NCBI GenBank assembly: GCA_951406725.2
Contig: OX597822.1
Location: 41,788,001-41,852,000 of the forward strand
Direction of reading: 5' to 3'
Origin: Octopus vulgaris
Taxonomy: Eukaryota
DNA: 64,000 nucleotides
Part shown: positions 26,101-40,529 of the stretch, piece after piece
How the letters are laid out: each line of letters starts with the position of its first letter
Position numbering within the stretch: the first letter of the stretch is position 1
Program-made: the position numbers and the translations under genes
The notes under the pieces: model-generated
Database searches by the model: none
Seen by the model: the letters and a program-made list of their open reading frames with translations, nothing else
Told to the model about the DNA's origin: nothing

Positions 26101-28233
26101 GTAGTATAGTAAAGAACTCAGTATGTCATCCCTTTACTCTGCTGACCTTCAAGGCTCAAGTGAGGTTCACAGTGGAGCACTGCACCCTCAACTGAAACAG
26201 TGCTGTTGCTGCTACACAAACATCCGAAAGATAGCTATTTGGCTGAATTAGTAAGAGCTCACTCGCCAACACACACCATCACCACCACTACCCATCTTTA
26301 TTCTGCAAACGCACAGACTTCTCACATTTCCTTTTCTAATGCTACTACAACAGCAGCTGCTCCTTAGCTTTGCCAAGCAGTATAGCACCTCCACCCAAAC
26401 CAATAAACACACCTACCTCTCCTCGCTCCCTCAGGATCCCCACTAACATCTAAATCCATTCCGTCCACCCAGGTATGTCAATCCTCTGGAATTCCCATCT
26501 GGTTCGTACTTTCCTTACAGGTGTCCACTTACAGTTTATGTTCAAGCTGAACATCTTTTTCTTTATATTGAGTATTTTCCAAATACAGTGTTTCCCAGAT
26601 ATTCCATACATTTGTTTTATTGAGGCCCTCACTGCACACTCTGACATGTAGGGGTTTATTGTGAGTGTAGAAGCATGGGTACATAGCCTAGACTGTTCTA
26701 TATACTGGCCATAGTGGAGAGGGAAACCCAACATGATGGACCATGAAGAAGCAGCAGACAGACAGACACCAGTATCTCATTACAGTAAAACATTACAACA
26801 AATGTTCAGCTCTGCTAGCTCCAGCATCATTATTACTAATTAAATAATAATTAACACATTAAACTACTTCTATAGAACTATTTTGATGTATAAGAAGGTA
26901 TTTCATAACTATGTTGCTCTAATGTTACAATTCAGAATCTATAGTTGTATACTCTACTCTGTGTCACAATCCTCAGAAGTTACAGTTAGACAATAACTTT
27001 CACGTATCCACAGCTTTTGCATTCATTACCTTGTCTCACTTATTGGACTGTGGCCATGCTGGGGCACCACATTGAAGGGTTTTAGTCACACAAATTGACC
27101 CCAGTGCATATCTTTCAGTAATGGTTTATCTTTTACTGTTTCAGTCAAACTGTGGCCATGCTGGGGCACCACCTTAAAGAATGAATTGACCCCAGTATTT
27201 TTATTTATAAGCCTGGTATTTACTTTATCAGTCTCTTATGCCAGACCACTAAGTTATGGGGATGTAAACAAACCAACATTAGTTGTCAGTTGGTAGTGGG
27301 TGACAAACACCAAGAAAAAAATACACATAGATATATATATGTATATATACATCGTTTGTCTTTTACTTGTTTCAGTCATTAGTCTGCAGCCATGCTGGGG
27401 CACTGCTTTGAGGAATTGTAGTTGAATATATTGACCCCTGTTTTAAACCTGGTTTTCATTCTATTGGTGTCTTTTACTGATCCACTACGTTACAGGGACA
27501 TCAACACCCCAACACCAATCAAGTGGTGGTGCATGCATGCATACATACATACATACATACATACATACATACATACATACATACAGTTGTAGGCATGGCT
27601 TTATTGTGAAGAAGTTTGCTTCACAACCATATGGTTTTGGGGTTCAGTCCCACTGTGTGGCACGTTAGGCAAGTGAATTTAACTGATGGGAACTGGGAAA
27701 GCTTATTGTGTGTGTCAGTGTGTGAACGTGCATGAATATTGATATTTGACACTTGTCAATGTACTTAAGACAGTGATCATGTCTACATGCTTGTTGAAAT
27801 CATGGCCATATGCACTGCACTTTTGAATGCCTCTGAGGAAAAAGAAAAAGAAATATTACTTGAAAAGAACAAGTGACAGTTAGAACACCCAGCTTATGAA
27901 CTCTGTTTCAAAGAATTCCCTCATCTAACCGTTACTAGCATCGGAAAACATGCTCAAGTGAATGAATGAACATATATACATGCACACACACACACACACA
28001 CACAAATAATAATCAAAATAATGGATTCAAATTGTGGCACAAGACCTGAAATTTTGGGGAGGGGTATAATTGATTGTATCAATCCCTGTACTCAACTGGT
28101 ACTTATTTTAATGACCCCGAAAGGATGAAAGGCTAAGCCAACCATGGCAGAATTTAAACATAGGACAAGAAGACAGGTGAAATACTACTAAGCATTTCAC
28201 CTGGCATGCTAACAATTCTGCCAGTTCGCCACC

Positions 28234-28268
<35 letters not shown>

Positions 28269-28999
28269 TTATATGTGGTTTTACAAGCAAAACTGAGAGT
28301 ACTCAATGCATTGTTTATAGTGATTAGATTTGTTATATATAATAGATAAATACCACAATATTTTCATGATTCTAAGTTCTATGCCAGATGCAGCATTCAA
28401 CGGATATGATTGCAAAGAAGATTTCTTCTTTGCTTTTATTTAAGTGCTTTTTATCTGTAGTCTCACGTGAATTTCTTTTTGAATATATGCTAAGTAGATT
28501 GCAATAGAAAAGAAAGTTGGCTTACATGTATGCACACCCATGCATAGACAAGTCAGCAGTAATATGTTGTAAATTTAATTGGATTCCTTTGTTGAATTAT
28601 AATGATCAAGGAACAATTTCTTAATATGGTCTCATTGAAGAAAATTTCAGACCTCTTTAAGTAATGATTTGAGACCATGATTTTATTTGAAATGAACATT
28701 TTTCCATAACATGCAGGTGCAAGTCTTCAGGCCATTAGTATAGAGTTTTCTTTAGTTCAGTATATCCCAATAGTTGATGAAATTGTTAATTCTTGTCTTT
28801 CAATTACCATATGTAACTTGAAAGAGCTGTGATGTTTCTTTTTACTTCATATGGAAAAAGGAAGTGTTGTTATACTAACAGCTTTTGAAATATTCTTCAA
28901 CCATTCCTATGTAATGCATACATACATACATACATACATACATACATACATACATACATACATACATACATACAATGCTATTGTTATTATTATTGTTGT

Positions 29000-29504
29000 T
29001 GTTGAGTGAAAGAGCAGCACATGCCATCAAATGATGCCGCGGTACAAATATACAAAGCCCAGTATACCCATTATGACTACCCTTCTAATTAGGGTAGACC
29101 AGGTACATGCATTACAACCATATGTGTGCAACATGGTGATCTCATATCAAGATAAACAGTGCATGACCTTGCAGGAGGGGCCCAGTTAGAATTTCCTTCA
29201 GGCTGAGTAGCCCATCCTGCTCAAATAATCCTTGAATAAGGATTGTTTAAGGATGTTGAACAAAACACCCATGTTTCCAGAGGTGAATTATTCAAACTCC
29301 AAAAAATTCCTCTCAGCACATGGCTCTGATGCTCCGCTACTACTTCTGCTCAGGATTAGAGATGCACATATTGCTCACCACTAAGGGACATGCTCAACTG
29401 GTTAAGGTCAAACAATTGACAAGCAGATGTGTGGTATTGAGCAGAATATTTGCTGCAGCCCTTCTTTTTATACCAAGACAAAACATGCACATGATAACAC
29501 TTCC

Positions 29505-29505
<1 letters not shown>
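29000..29505 (-). mobile_element. Repeat inserted in a (TAA)n tract (SINE or LINE 3' UTR); short copy at 22752-22797
   Basis: Shared terminus gagtga.agagcag..catgccatcaa; both copies embedded in (TTA)n. Confidence 0.5.
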
Positions 29506-29570
<65 letters not shown>

Positions 29571-29985
29571 CATTATTATTATTATTATTGCTGCTGCTGC
29601 TACTACTACTGTTTCAGGATACTGTTATAATCAATGTTCAGTTTGAGAGGGAGCACTTTGTATTATTTCCTTTTGAATTAGTGAGTCTCTTAGGTATTTA
29701 TAATACAAATTGGCTCTGTTGTGTTGACAGCAACATCATCTACAACATACTGCAAACATATGACCCATGTTTGATCACCTAATGTCACTGCTGTTGTTTA
29801 AACCCTTGGTCTCTGACATAATCAACCCTGATTCAGTGGATTCTGATTAACAGCATTCCAACTCTAACCATTCCATTTTTTTTTCAGCAATATTATACCT
29901 AGAACTACATTATAGCGTATGATTTGAGTGATATTTGGCTGCTATTTCATGCAGGTTGAGGAAATATTCAAACAAGCCTTTAGGA

Positions 29986-30300
29986 CAGTGATTCATATAA
30001 GATTTTTGGGGGTCCACGTAACAAAACAGTAAATTAGGGATTGACAATAGTATTTTAAGGGTCCCTGAAAAAAGTTTGCTTTAGATGTATGTATTGGTAT
30101 GTATTGCAAAAAATGAGGTTTGTTTTCTCTGACATTTTACATAGTTCAACCTACACAAGTTAATGTGTGAAAAACAAAATAGGAATTTTGAAAGAAGTAT
30201 CTATAAAGCTAGTTTTTAAACATTGAATGGCTATAGGGGTTCACCAGAATAAAATAGTAATCAAAGGGGTCAAAAGGCAAAAAAATGCTGAGAAGCCTTG
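29986..30300. mobile_element. hAT-type MITE; second copy 37806-~38148
   Basis: CAGTG start; 8-bp TSD ctttagga/ctttagaa; internal sequence shared with the 37806 copy. Confidence 0.7.
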
Positions 30301-30789
30301 CTTTAGAAGATAGAGGAGAGAAAGGTTCCATGTAACAACTGTTGAGTGTGGGTTAGTGGTCAGTCAGTCCTGAGAAGTTGGCAAAAGCATGTTTAACCCT
30401 TTGGCATTTCAACCAGCCATATCCAACCAAAATATTCTTATTTGTTTTATATTCAAATTAGCCAAATACAGTCTAGTAAACAATCCCATAATCAAAATCT
30501 CAAAGCTACAAGATAATGCATGGTTAATTCAAAACAATGCGAATAAAAAAGCAATACATTTGACAAACTAATCTGAATTCTAAAGGGTTAAAAGGTATCA
30601 GGCCTTTGGTTACTGGAACTCGATAACATTCTGGTGTGATTTAAATAGAAGATAGGTTAAACAAGGCTTGTCATCATCATCAACATAATCACATGGAGAG
30701 CTGGGAGTTGGGGAAGCAGAAGTACATCTCAGTGCTTATGTGTGTGTGGTGAGAGAGAGATGAGATTTACATCACCAATGATAGAGGAA

Positions 30790-31030
30790 GTGATCGTTAG
30801 TAACCCTCATTTCTAACTAAAAGTAGAGTGATGATGGTAGGGGAGGTCTTTAGTGACCCCTATTTCTCACCAGAGGGTAGAGATCATGGTAGTGGAGATC
30901 TTTAGTTACCCTAATTTTTTACAAGAGAGTAGAGAGGTCATTGTAATGAAGATTTTTAGTGACCCCTATTTCTTGCTAGAGAGAAGAAAGATCATGGCAG
31001 GGAAAATCTTTAGCAACCCCTATTTTTCAC
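30790..31030. repeat. Minisatellite, ~55-60-bp unit
   Basis: Recurrent agagatcatggtag..gatctttagtgacccctatttc. Confidence 0.7.
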
Positions 31031-31049
31031 CTGGGGAAGAAAGCTAATA

Positions 31050-31534
31050 TCTATTTTTTTTTTTTTTTTCATCTGACTTTCCAATATTTGAGGGGAGAAA
31101 GTTACTGGTTGGCTGGGTAGCTATCCCTCTTCCTCTTTGCCTATATTCTCTTCTTTCTGTGAACCCCAGTATTTACCCCAAAACATTGTTTGCATATCAA
31201 TTTCTCCCCCTTTGCCATCCCCAAAACAACAACAACAACCCTGGTGTGTAAAAGCTGGGATGTCTGCTGGATTGTGAGGTTTATTGGAATGAAGGTATAG
31301 AAGTAGCTTAAGGGAGAGGTGGGGATAGAAACTAGGGAATGTTGTTTAGAAAAAGGGGCCACCCTCTTCCCTAATGATACCTTTGTTATAGCAACCAAAC
31401 TACAACTGTTGTTGATGCTGTTATTGTTGTCAGGAGTGTGTGTGAGAAAGAGACAGTTTTTGAACATGAGGACTGCTGCTACCTGTGTGTGTGTATGTAG
31501 ATATACATATATACATACATACATGTATGTAGAT

Positions 31535-31569
<35 letters not shown>

Positions 31570-31663
31570 AAAACATAAACAGAGAGTAAGAGAAACAGGA
31601 TGAGCTTCATCACAATCTCTGTAATGCTTGTTACCTTTCTTGGATGATGGAATGCCAGCTGTA

Positions 31664-31700
<37 letters not shown>

Positions 31701-34001
31701 CCTCCCTTCCTCTCCTACCAGAATGCTTTCATAGCTCCATCATCACTGTCACTGCTGCAACCACCACCACCACCACCATCATCATCAACAGCAACTCAGC
31801 AAGGAGGAGTGGTAGAGGGTGATGGGATAGGTGCTGGTGGTGTAGTGAGGGAACTGCCAGGTAATTACCTGAAAATTTGTGCAATTGACTGTGTGGACTG
31901 TGTGTACATGTGTATGTATGTGTGTGTATGGGTGTTTGATGTATAAATTCTTAACTTCCTTTCTCTCTGACTCCTTTCTTCTTTTTCACCTCATTTCCTT
32001 CATCTCTCTCTCTCCTTCCTTATCTCTCTCTCTCTCTCTCTCATCTTTTCCTTTTTCTTCTAGTTTTCCTCCTACTCACCCCACATTCCTTGTCTTCCTT
32101 TTTCTTTTCATTTCTACCTGTAGTCTCTCTCTGTCTGTCTCTCTCTCTCTCTCTCTGCCCCTCCCCCATCTCATATCCACTTATATCTGCTGCCCTTCTT
32201 CACAAGTGAATATCAACCATATTAGTTTGTTGGTGGCTGCCAACGTTACCAGACGTGCATGCAGCCAGGAGGATCTAGGAGGAACCCTCTAATACCATCA
32301 CGACGCCACCTTGTCCACCTCTTCTCAGCTGGCCTAATAACAAAACAAACAAACAATCAATGTACTTTTAATTCCTTAAAGAAAGAAAAACAAAAGAAAA
32401 GCCAATATACCCAAAAACTTAAAAACGTGCACATATACATATATAACTATACATATATATCTATACATATATATCTATACATATACAACATATTATTATT
32501 ATTATATATTACATGATTTTTCATTATATATTTGGATATTTCTATTTATCTTCACTGGAATTTTTTGATGACTTCACCTGTTTTCTGTGACTTCAATGGA
32601 ATTTGTTAAATAATTTATATAATTTACAATTATTATCAATATTTACAGTATAATAATAACAACAACAGCATCAAATTATATCAGATTTAGTGTGGAGATC
32701 TCCCAGAACCTGAAATCGGAATTATACACACATGCACACATAGATATACTTAGAGTCATTCCAGATTGCTCCCTCTACATGTATATCTATACTTTAATAT
32801 TCAACTCAGTTTAGTCCTTATCCTGATGTTTCGATTTTAGATTTTACCTTTTAAATCTATTTGTTAAATATAAGGACTGAACTGTGAGTGTAGAGGGATA
32901 ATTTTTTTTTCAATTGATATTCGTTACTCCTTGTTCATTATAAACTTTTAATCAAACAAAATTTGAAACTGGCTGTATCAAGTACATCATATTTTGTAAG
33001 GTGTTTGACATTTTCCCCTGTTGTCATTTAACCATATCTACTTCACACTTGCTCCTCTGCAGCCTGTTTGGCTCCTTGTTAAACTATTTATTCTTTCTTT
33101 ATCTCCTTTAAGCCTATTATTCTCCACTTTCTAGGAATATGACAACAAAAACAACTACAATCCTACCCACAAACAAATTCAGTGAAAATATTAACAAGTG
33201 ACTTAGTTCTGTAAAGCTATTCTCAGTATTTCATTTCCACCTACAAATTTTATCTATTCTTTATTCTATTTTACCACTCACCTATATTTCTTTCTTTTGC
33301 TGTTTTTCAAAGAAATAACCTAAATTATCTTTCTTTGAACTGAAACTTACGTTTGTATATTTTTATCACTTCCTTCTCACTTTCAATACTGTAAGAAAGA
33401 CAGCATCAAACAAACTTTTGTGAAATTTTCAAATTATCAGAAAATGTAAATGTAGCTTGCCAAAATAGAGCCAGTGACTGTTTATAAGTGAAAGGAGATA
33501 GACTCTTTATATATATATATATGTGTGTGTGTGTTGTATATATAAATATCTTGTGATAATTGAGAAAATAACTGGAATATATTGGATATAATCAATGTTG
33601 AAAACATAACGTTTGAAACCGTGTATGTTGTGTTGGAGAGAATAAGAGCATAATTGATACCCAGGTTCGAACTCCTGTACATTGTGTTCAAGAGATTCTT
33701 ACTATTAAAGAACATTCCATTTACAATTGTTACTGAAATCTGTATCAATTCACCAATTTAATCTAACTGGACATTGTTGAAGTCACCACATTTTCACTTT
33801 ACCTTTCATCACCCTTGCTCCTCCTGAGAAGTGGTAAACATCTTGTGGTAACAGGCAGCTCCCTCTAGAGCTGACGTACAGATCCTTAAAACTGTAACTA
33901 TATTTCCAAACAGAAAGTGGAAATCTCCAGAAGAATCCAGAATAAATTGAAAGTGGGTATAAATTTCTGCTAGAAGAGGAAGTTTCAATGTGCAATTGGC
34001 A
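31050..34001 (+). promoter_or_regulatory. Putative promoter / long 5' UTR region
   Basis: About 3 kb with no recognisable SINE or MITE in a window where these occur every 1-2 kb; CT/GA tracts and (CAC/CAT)n; directly upstream of the candidate exon. Confidence 0.35.
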
Positions 34002-34320
34002 ATGTGGCTATACCTTGGTCCTTCTCCTAGATGTCATCCCAAGTACTTTTCAGTATTCATCAGTGGTCTGCTAATTGTTAATTTGGTCAGCTCCTACCTG
34101 GCTTACACTCTGTACTCTTTAGTGGCAGTGATCTCTAGCAAGCAAGATGCTGAAGATTATACTGAGCACAGACAAACCCTCGAGGAAAATCCAGCTCCTC
34201 CGAAATTGGGGCCGGGAGAAATTGCCCTTTCGTCGATCAGGAATGACAACCACTGTGATAGAGCAATGTACCACAATTGGTACTCTCTGTACCACCACCA
34301 TCAGTACCATCTACACTACG
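34002..34320 (+). CDS. Probable first coding exon of an unidentified protein (possible type II signal-anchored membrane protein)
   Basis: Non-repetitive ORF MWLYLGPSPRCHPKYFSVFISGLLIVNLVSSYLAYTLYSLVAVISSKQ...HHHQYHLHYG with a hydrophobic segment near residues 15-41. Higher GC/CpG than the flanks. Ends at donor TACG|gtaggt (phase 1) followed by T-rich intron-like DNA. A second frame (ATG 34147) is also open to the same donor. No family recognised. Confidence 0.55.
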
Positions 34321-36972
34321 GTAGGTTGTTTTATTATTTTTGTATTTTATGTCATTTCACAAACTTTGGCTCCTACCTTTATTAGCCATGAGGTAGCATC
34401 AACATGGCCAATCAACCTGTTAGAAATAGCACCCAAATCTCTTTCAAACCAAACTAAGATGTCTTTATGAAAATTATAGTATGATCCAAGCTGGGGCATC
34501 TTTGCTCAGTTCTGTTCGCTCGGACCTATCCCAGGATTAAATAGCATCAACTTCTGTGAGTTATTAGGGAGTTACCTTTGTAGATAGGGGGTCTCTGACG
34601 AGACTTCTGCATAAATTATTGATGGGTTACCTCTATAAATAGGAGTTCTTTATTTATCAGAACCTTTTTATTTTGAGTTATTAAGGGATATCCTTATAGT
34701 TAGGTGGTCTGTATCTATTTTGTATGACCTTTATATAATGAGTTATTAAGGAGTTATCTCTGTAAATATTTTTATGGGTCTCTCCCTTCTCTCTCCTCTC
34801 TCCCTCCCTCCCTTTCCTTTCTCTCTTTTTCTCTCTCTCCCCTCTCTTTCTTCTCTCTCTCTCAACATGTAATTCCCCTAAACATCTAATTCCACTTTAA
34901 GTAATTCTTGCTATTGTGCTTTTTTTGTAGTTACAGATCAGTTCTGATCAAACTTAACATATATAAAAAAAGAACAGATGTTCCAGCTGTGATCATACAG
35001 TATTTTACTAGATATGGCACATCTAAAATACATTACTGAATGTATCCTTCCTGTTTTGTAAAACAGTATAGAAAATTTTGATGGGGATTTGGCTACTATT
35101 TCTAGCAGTACGAGAGTGATAAATTTTCCCACTTTGATTCAGAATTATCTGAAAGATAGGTGGCAGTGCCTCCTGATTATGTCGCCTATAATGGAGTAAC
35201 ATACATGTAATGCTGCACAATATTCACCAAGGCACCATCCTTCATGAGCATATCACCCTCATCATTATTTAACATCCATGTTCCATGCTGGCATCGGTTG
35301 GATTATTTGACAGGATTCAATGGGTCCAAGGATTGCATCATGCTCCAGCGTCTGCAGCCTGGTTTCTCCAGTTGGATACTTATCCTAATGCCAACCACTC
35401 TACAGAGTGTACTGGGTGCTTTCTTTTCTTTTTTTTTTTTTTTGTTCCACTAGCTCTAGTGAGTTAGTAAGATCTGAGGTCGACTTTGCCTTTCATCCTT
35501 TCGGGGTCGATAAATTAAGTACCAGTTACGCACTGGGGTCAATGTAATCAACTTAATCTCTTTGTCTGTCCTTGTTTGTCCCCTCTATGTTTAGCCCCTT
35601 GAGGGCATTAAAGAAATAAGATCACTAACTAGTGAGGAACAGCATTTATTTGAGGAAATGAGGGTCCAGAGTAAAGGAGGAAGAAAGAGCAAGCAGATTC
35701 TTATAGAGAAGCTACATGGTTACTCACCTTTAGGGAAAAGCGTAGTAATGATCAGTAGGAGCTGCAAGTCCAGGCGTCTCATTTATTTTGATTTTTTTTT
35801 TTCTCAAATTTATTAAAGGCTTTCATATTAAATAAGTGAAGGGATGTGGAGCAGGGTCCTTGATGCTTGCAGGGGATACACCCAGATTAGCATGATTGAT
35901 GTGGCTTATGTTCAGTCGATTTTGACATCTTCAGTTCAATGTGCTTAAGATATATGTGAGGACTGTAATAGGGCTCTAATTTAATTGTTTGCAGCAGTAA
36001 AGGACCAGGTTGTGAGGTTAAACTTGAATTACATGTTAAATCTACCACATAACAAAATCTAGTGGACAAACTCATCCCATATAACTCCAGACATGGTACA
36101 TAGTGTGTCATGCATTACTTACAACATTGAACCACTCTCAGTCGATGTTGGCTGATCACTATTATATATCGACTAGTTACTTCACAGTTGACTGGTCACT
36201 ATTATTTGATACACTATTAACAGTTATATAGACCAATCAGTTATATATTAACTGGTCACTGTTATACATTGACTGGTTACTGTTATGTATTGACTGGTCA
36301 CTCATCATCTTCATCATCATATAATGTCCACTTTTTCATGGTTGCATTGATTGGATGGAGTTTATTTGAGGCAGATTTTTTTCCAACCACATACCCCTTT
36401 TGTTCCCAACCCTCACCTGTTTTCCCTGTAAGTTAATATTTTCCTCTGACCAGACATGTTCTTGCAGAATACTGGAAATAAAAGTCACTGCTTGTATGAT
36501 AGTGAGAGAGAAAGAGAGAGAGAGAAAGGGAGAGAGAGAGACACACACACACATACATGTTGCATCTATATTATACAGAGCATCATCATTGTCACCATGA
36601 GCAGCAATAGGATTTGCATTATGATAAACCATCTACTTGCATTAGATTAGACCCCTTGCCTATTTTATAACTGATCATAACTCTGTAATGTGATTGAGTG
36701 AGAGAGCAGCAAAGGTTGTTATTTAACCCCAGGTCAACCCTAACTGAGAAGAGTTGTGATCAAAGTTTGAGAGCAAAACTATTTTTTTTAAATGGCCTTG
36801 GAGATTTTTGGATAGTTTTGATTTAAGGAATAAAATAAATGAAAAAATCTAATGTGCTTTCTAAGTCTCAGTGCCACTTTGGGGCAATGTGTGTAAACTC
36901 ACTATTTGGTATTGCTTCACCCCATTCCATGTCATCTAATTCCATTCCAAGTTAATGAAGGAACCTCCATGT

Positions 36973-37222
36973 CAGTGTTTCTCAAACATTTTTTTTTTAC
37001 CTATGGACCCCTTTGCCTCCTGTTGTTTTTTTTTTTTTTTCAGATGGGCCCCTACAGCTATTCAGTGTTTAAAAAATCATATTATATTTTTATAATCAAA
37101 TTATCAGGAATTGTATTTTAAAAAATTATTAAAATATTTTGTGAATTGTAGAAGTATAACAAATTTATGGCAGATAAACTTCAACAACAAAATCTTACAT
37201 GGACTTGAGTTGAGAACCACTT
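36973..37222. mobile_element. hAT (Charlie-like) MITE
   Basis: cagtgtttctcaa...ttgagaaccact termini. Confidence 0.6.
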
Positions 37223-38270
37223 CTCTATGTGGTTGATGAACCTGCTGGAAATAGTAACCAAATCTCCCCCCAAAAAGACTAGTAATATGGTGGGTTTGCT
37301 CTACTTCAGAAAAAGAATGATTATAGTTGAAAGGCTTGTGCAATTAGTTAGCCTATGGCTAAACAACAACAACATCCTCATCCATTTTGCGTCATTCTTA
37401 ATCATGCTGCACAGTAACATTACACTCTTTGTGTCATCTTTGATCTGTGTTCTTAATATGTTTGACTTTATATTACATTACAGATCAAACACTAAATTAC
37501 TGGCCTACATAGAAAGTTAAAAAAATACAACTGCTTTAAATAAAATTTGCTTTTAAAATGTAGAAAAAATATAGAAAACCATTGCTTTCCTTGTTTTATT
37601 AATTATATTTTAGCTCCTCCTGCACTACTCAGCGCATTGGGCAGCAAGCTTCCTCTACTTTGTTCTGTTGGCTGTTACACTTGCAAATCCAATCCATATA
37701 GTATTGGCTGTCTGGCAGATCATTGTGAAATGTCCATCACCAAGTGATCTTCAGTCTGTCCCTTTTATGTCATAGAAGTTTTCAAGTACTGTTGATTGAC
37801 TAGACCAGTGGTTCTCAACCAGGGCCCATTTGGCCCCAGAGGGTCCATGTAAGATTTTGAGGAGTCCACACAGAAAAAGAATACATTAAGGATTCGCAAT
37901 AGTATTTTAAGGACTCCTGAAAAAACTTTACTTTAGATGTGTGTATTAGTATGTATTGCAAAATATAGGTTTCTTTCTCTAACTTTTTTCACAATTCAAA
38001 CTACCGAAGATAACATGTGAAAAACAAAATAGGGATTTTGAAAGAAGTGTCTATAAAACTAGTTTTTAAACATCAAATGACTATGGAGGTTCCACTAGGC
38101 TAGAATAGCAATCAATTGGGTCCATAGATAGTAATCAAAGGGGTCTGGGCTAGACAGAGACTGTGGCCAGCCAGGTGGAAGTAATAATCTGCTATGATCT
38201 CTTGCAGATGTCATGACCTCCCTCTTTTCATATTCCCTTAATTTGTGACACAGTCCTGCTAGTTGATATA

Positions 38271-38720
38271 CAGGTCATCGTTGACTTGTGACCTATACAA
38301 CTTATAACCGACTCTATGATGATTGGTGCACCAGTTCCTGTCAGCAATAGTAAATAGTCCAGTGAAATGTAATGGCTTTAATTTCTTAGAAATTTACTCA
38401 TCTACAGATTATGTTAGCTAACAAATGCTTCCCCTAGGTTTGGTAATCAATCACCACAGTGGTTTTCCCAACTGTTGGATGAATATCCTGTTGCAGAGAT
38501 ATTGAGGTAACCTTGTATTTGTTTATAAGACGACTGCTTGAGACTTGGAAATTTTGGGCTAACACCTGTATAATAGTATAATATAAAATATTGTGTGTGA
38601 CTTTTACCTGAGAATGTACCTTAAGAATGTAAAAATATAAAACAAAGCTATGTAGGCCTATAGACCAACTTATGACCAGTCAGTTGGAACTAAATGTGGT
38701 CATAAGTTGATGATGACCTG
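38271..38720. mobile_element. Tc1/mariner (pogo/Tigger-like) MITE
   Basis: TA|caggtcatcgttgacttgtgacc...ggtcataagttgatgatgacctg|TA. Confidence 0.75.
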
Positions 38721-39189
38721 TATATACAAACATGTATATAAGAAAAATTGTGAATGACATGTTTTTGTCAATATGTTCATGCATTAAGAAAAATTTTCTA
38801 GGGCATTAAAAATCCACAGTACACAGATATTCCTAAAGGTACAGCAGTGTTTTGTGGTATAGTATTGTTCTACAGTACAATAGTGTTCTGTGACACATAG
38901 CTTGAGAACTAGTGTTTTAAACCAATGTGGCACCTTACACAATCTATGTATGGAAGTTGTACTGAAATGTATTACCTTGTGCTATTCTGTAGTGTCATAA
39001 ACCATTCTATGCTACATTATTACATCATACTATGTCACCTTGAACTATTCTGTATCACTTCACACCATATGGTGTTATCTTACACACAAACTGTGTTACA
39101 TCATACCATTCCAAATCACACTAGATTATCCCTGAAAAATATTAATTAATTATAGAATTAGTTGAGTGAAAAGAGTGTTTGAGATTTAA

Positions 39190-39656
39190 CTCTTTTGATA
39201 CTAACCCAACTGAAACCACCTCTGGGTCTCTAGTACAAATGTCTTGTTTTCAAATGTTCTGAATTAAAATCTTCTGCCAAACCTTAGTCACACTTTATGT
39301 TCCTAACACTAGCTTAATGATAACTAAGTTATTTTACTAAATTCTTTGTTATACAGGGTGTTCAGAAAGTCTCTCTGCAGTGAAGTTTTTTCATCTTGAC
39401 TCTCCAAGATGAATTTCAGAACATGTGCAGAAGAGTCAACTTATGTATTGAAAATGAAAGACAACACTTTCAGCACCTCTTATAAAGTTTTTTTAAGTCT
39501 TGTAACGTCTAATATAATCTTTTGCAGTCTTATACTATCTTATAAATATTTATTTTGCAATAATATACTTACTGCTGAGAGACTTTTTGAACATCCTATA
39601 TTTAAAATTAATTGAAAGAAATAGAGCATCTCAACAGAAATATAGTAACAAAAGAG
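39190..39656. mobile_element. piggyBac-type MITE (second family) containing a nested element
   Basis: TTAA|ctcttttgatac...gtaacaaaagag|TTAA. Confidence 0.7.
39354..39598. mobile_element. Tc1/mariner-type MITE nested in the piggyBac MITE
   Basis: TA|cagggtgttcagaaagtctctc...gagagactttttgaacatccta|TA. Confidence 0.75.
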
Positions 39657-40493
39657 TTAAGTAATTACTCTACAGAAGGAGTCCACAACCACCAGGCTAC
39701 CGACCAGTATTCGGTCATAGATAATTTGGTATTGGACTGCACAGACAGAAGAAATTTTAGAAATTTTTCTCTTTTTTTATTGATCTGGCAGGGTGTTTTG
39801 CAGTGTATATAAAATATATGTATTTTATATATAATAATTAAGTCATATATTATGCATTTCCTTGTCCATAGTATATGTGCAGGACCAACACCACACATCT
39901 TCCAGTCAGCAGAAAAAATTGTCTTACATGAAACCAGTCGGTAGTGCCAAAAACAGTTGGGATCTGCTGATTCACAAGATTGTGGAAATGTGATTTAAGT
40001 ACATTGAGACCTGCAAACGTCTAAGGTCACATCCAGCTTAAACATATGCCTCTTTAATTCTATCATTATTATTAGTAGTACTATTAGATTTGCTGAAATG
40101 TTTGGATTCCTTTATGCCACATTCCATGTAAAAGTATCTTATTGTATACTTTCTAGGTTTTCATTTAAATTAGATTCATCAGCACTCGTCATGTCAGAAT
40201 AATTTTTTTCTCCCTCTTTAAATCAATGAACATGCCAACATGAGGGAGACTTTACTCACTCACACACACACACACATTCACTCTTCAGGGACACCAGGTA
40301 CTTAAAGTCAACATATGCAATGTTAAAGATATGTAACTGAAGTAGAATGCATATAGTCATGTGTGTAAGTTCTTTCCTGAGGTTTCTTTGATAAAAATGG
40401 AAGATTTGTATTAAAATCAAATTTATTTGTATTCATTTTATATATTTCTTATGAGATATGCATTGCATGCATATGCAGGAGTCACTACAGAGG

Positions 40494-40529
<36 letters not shown>

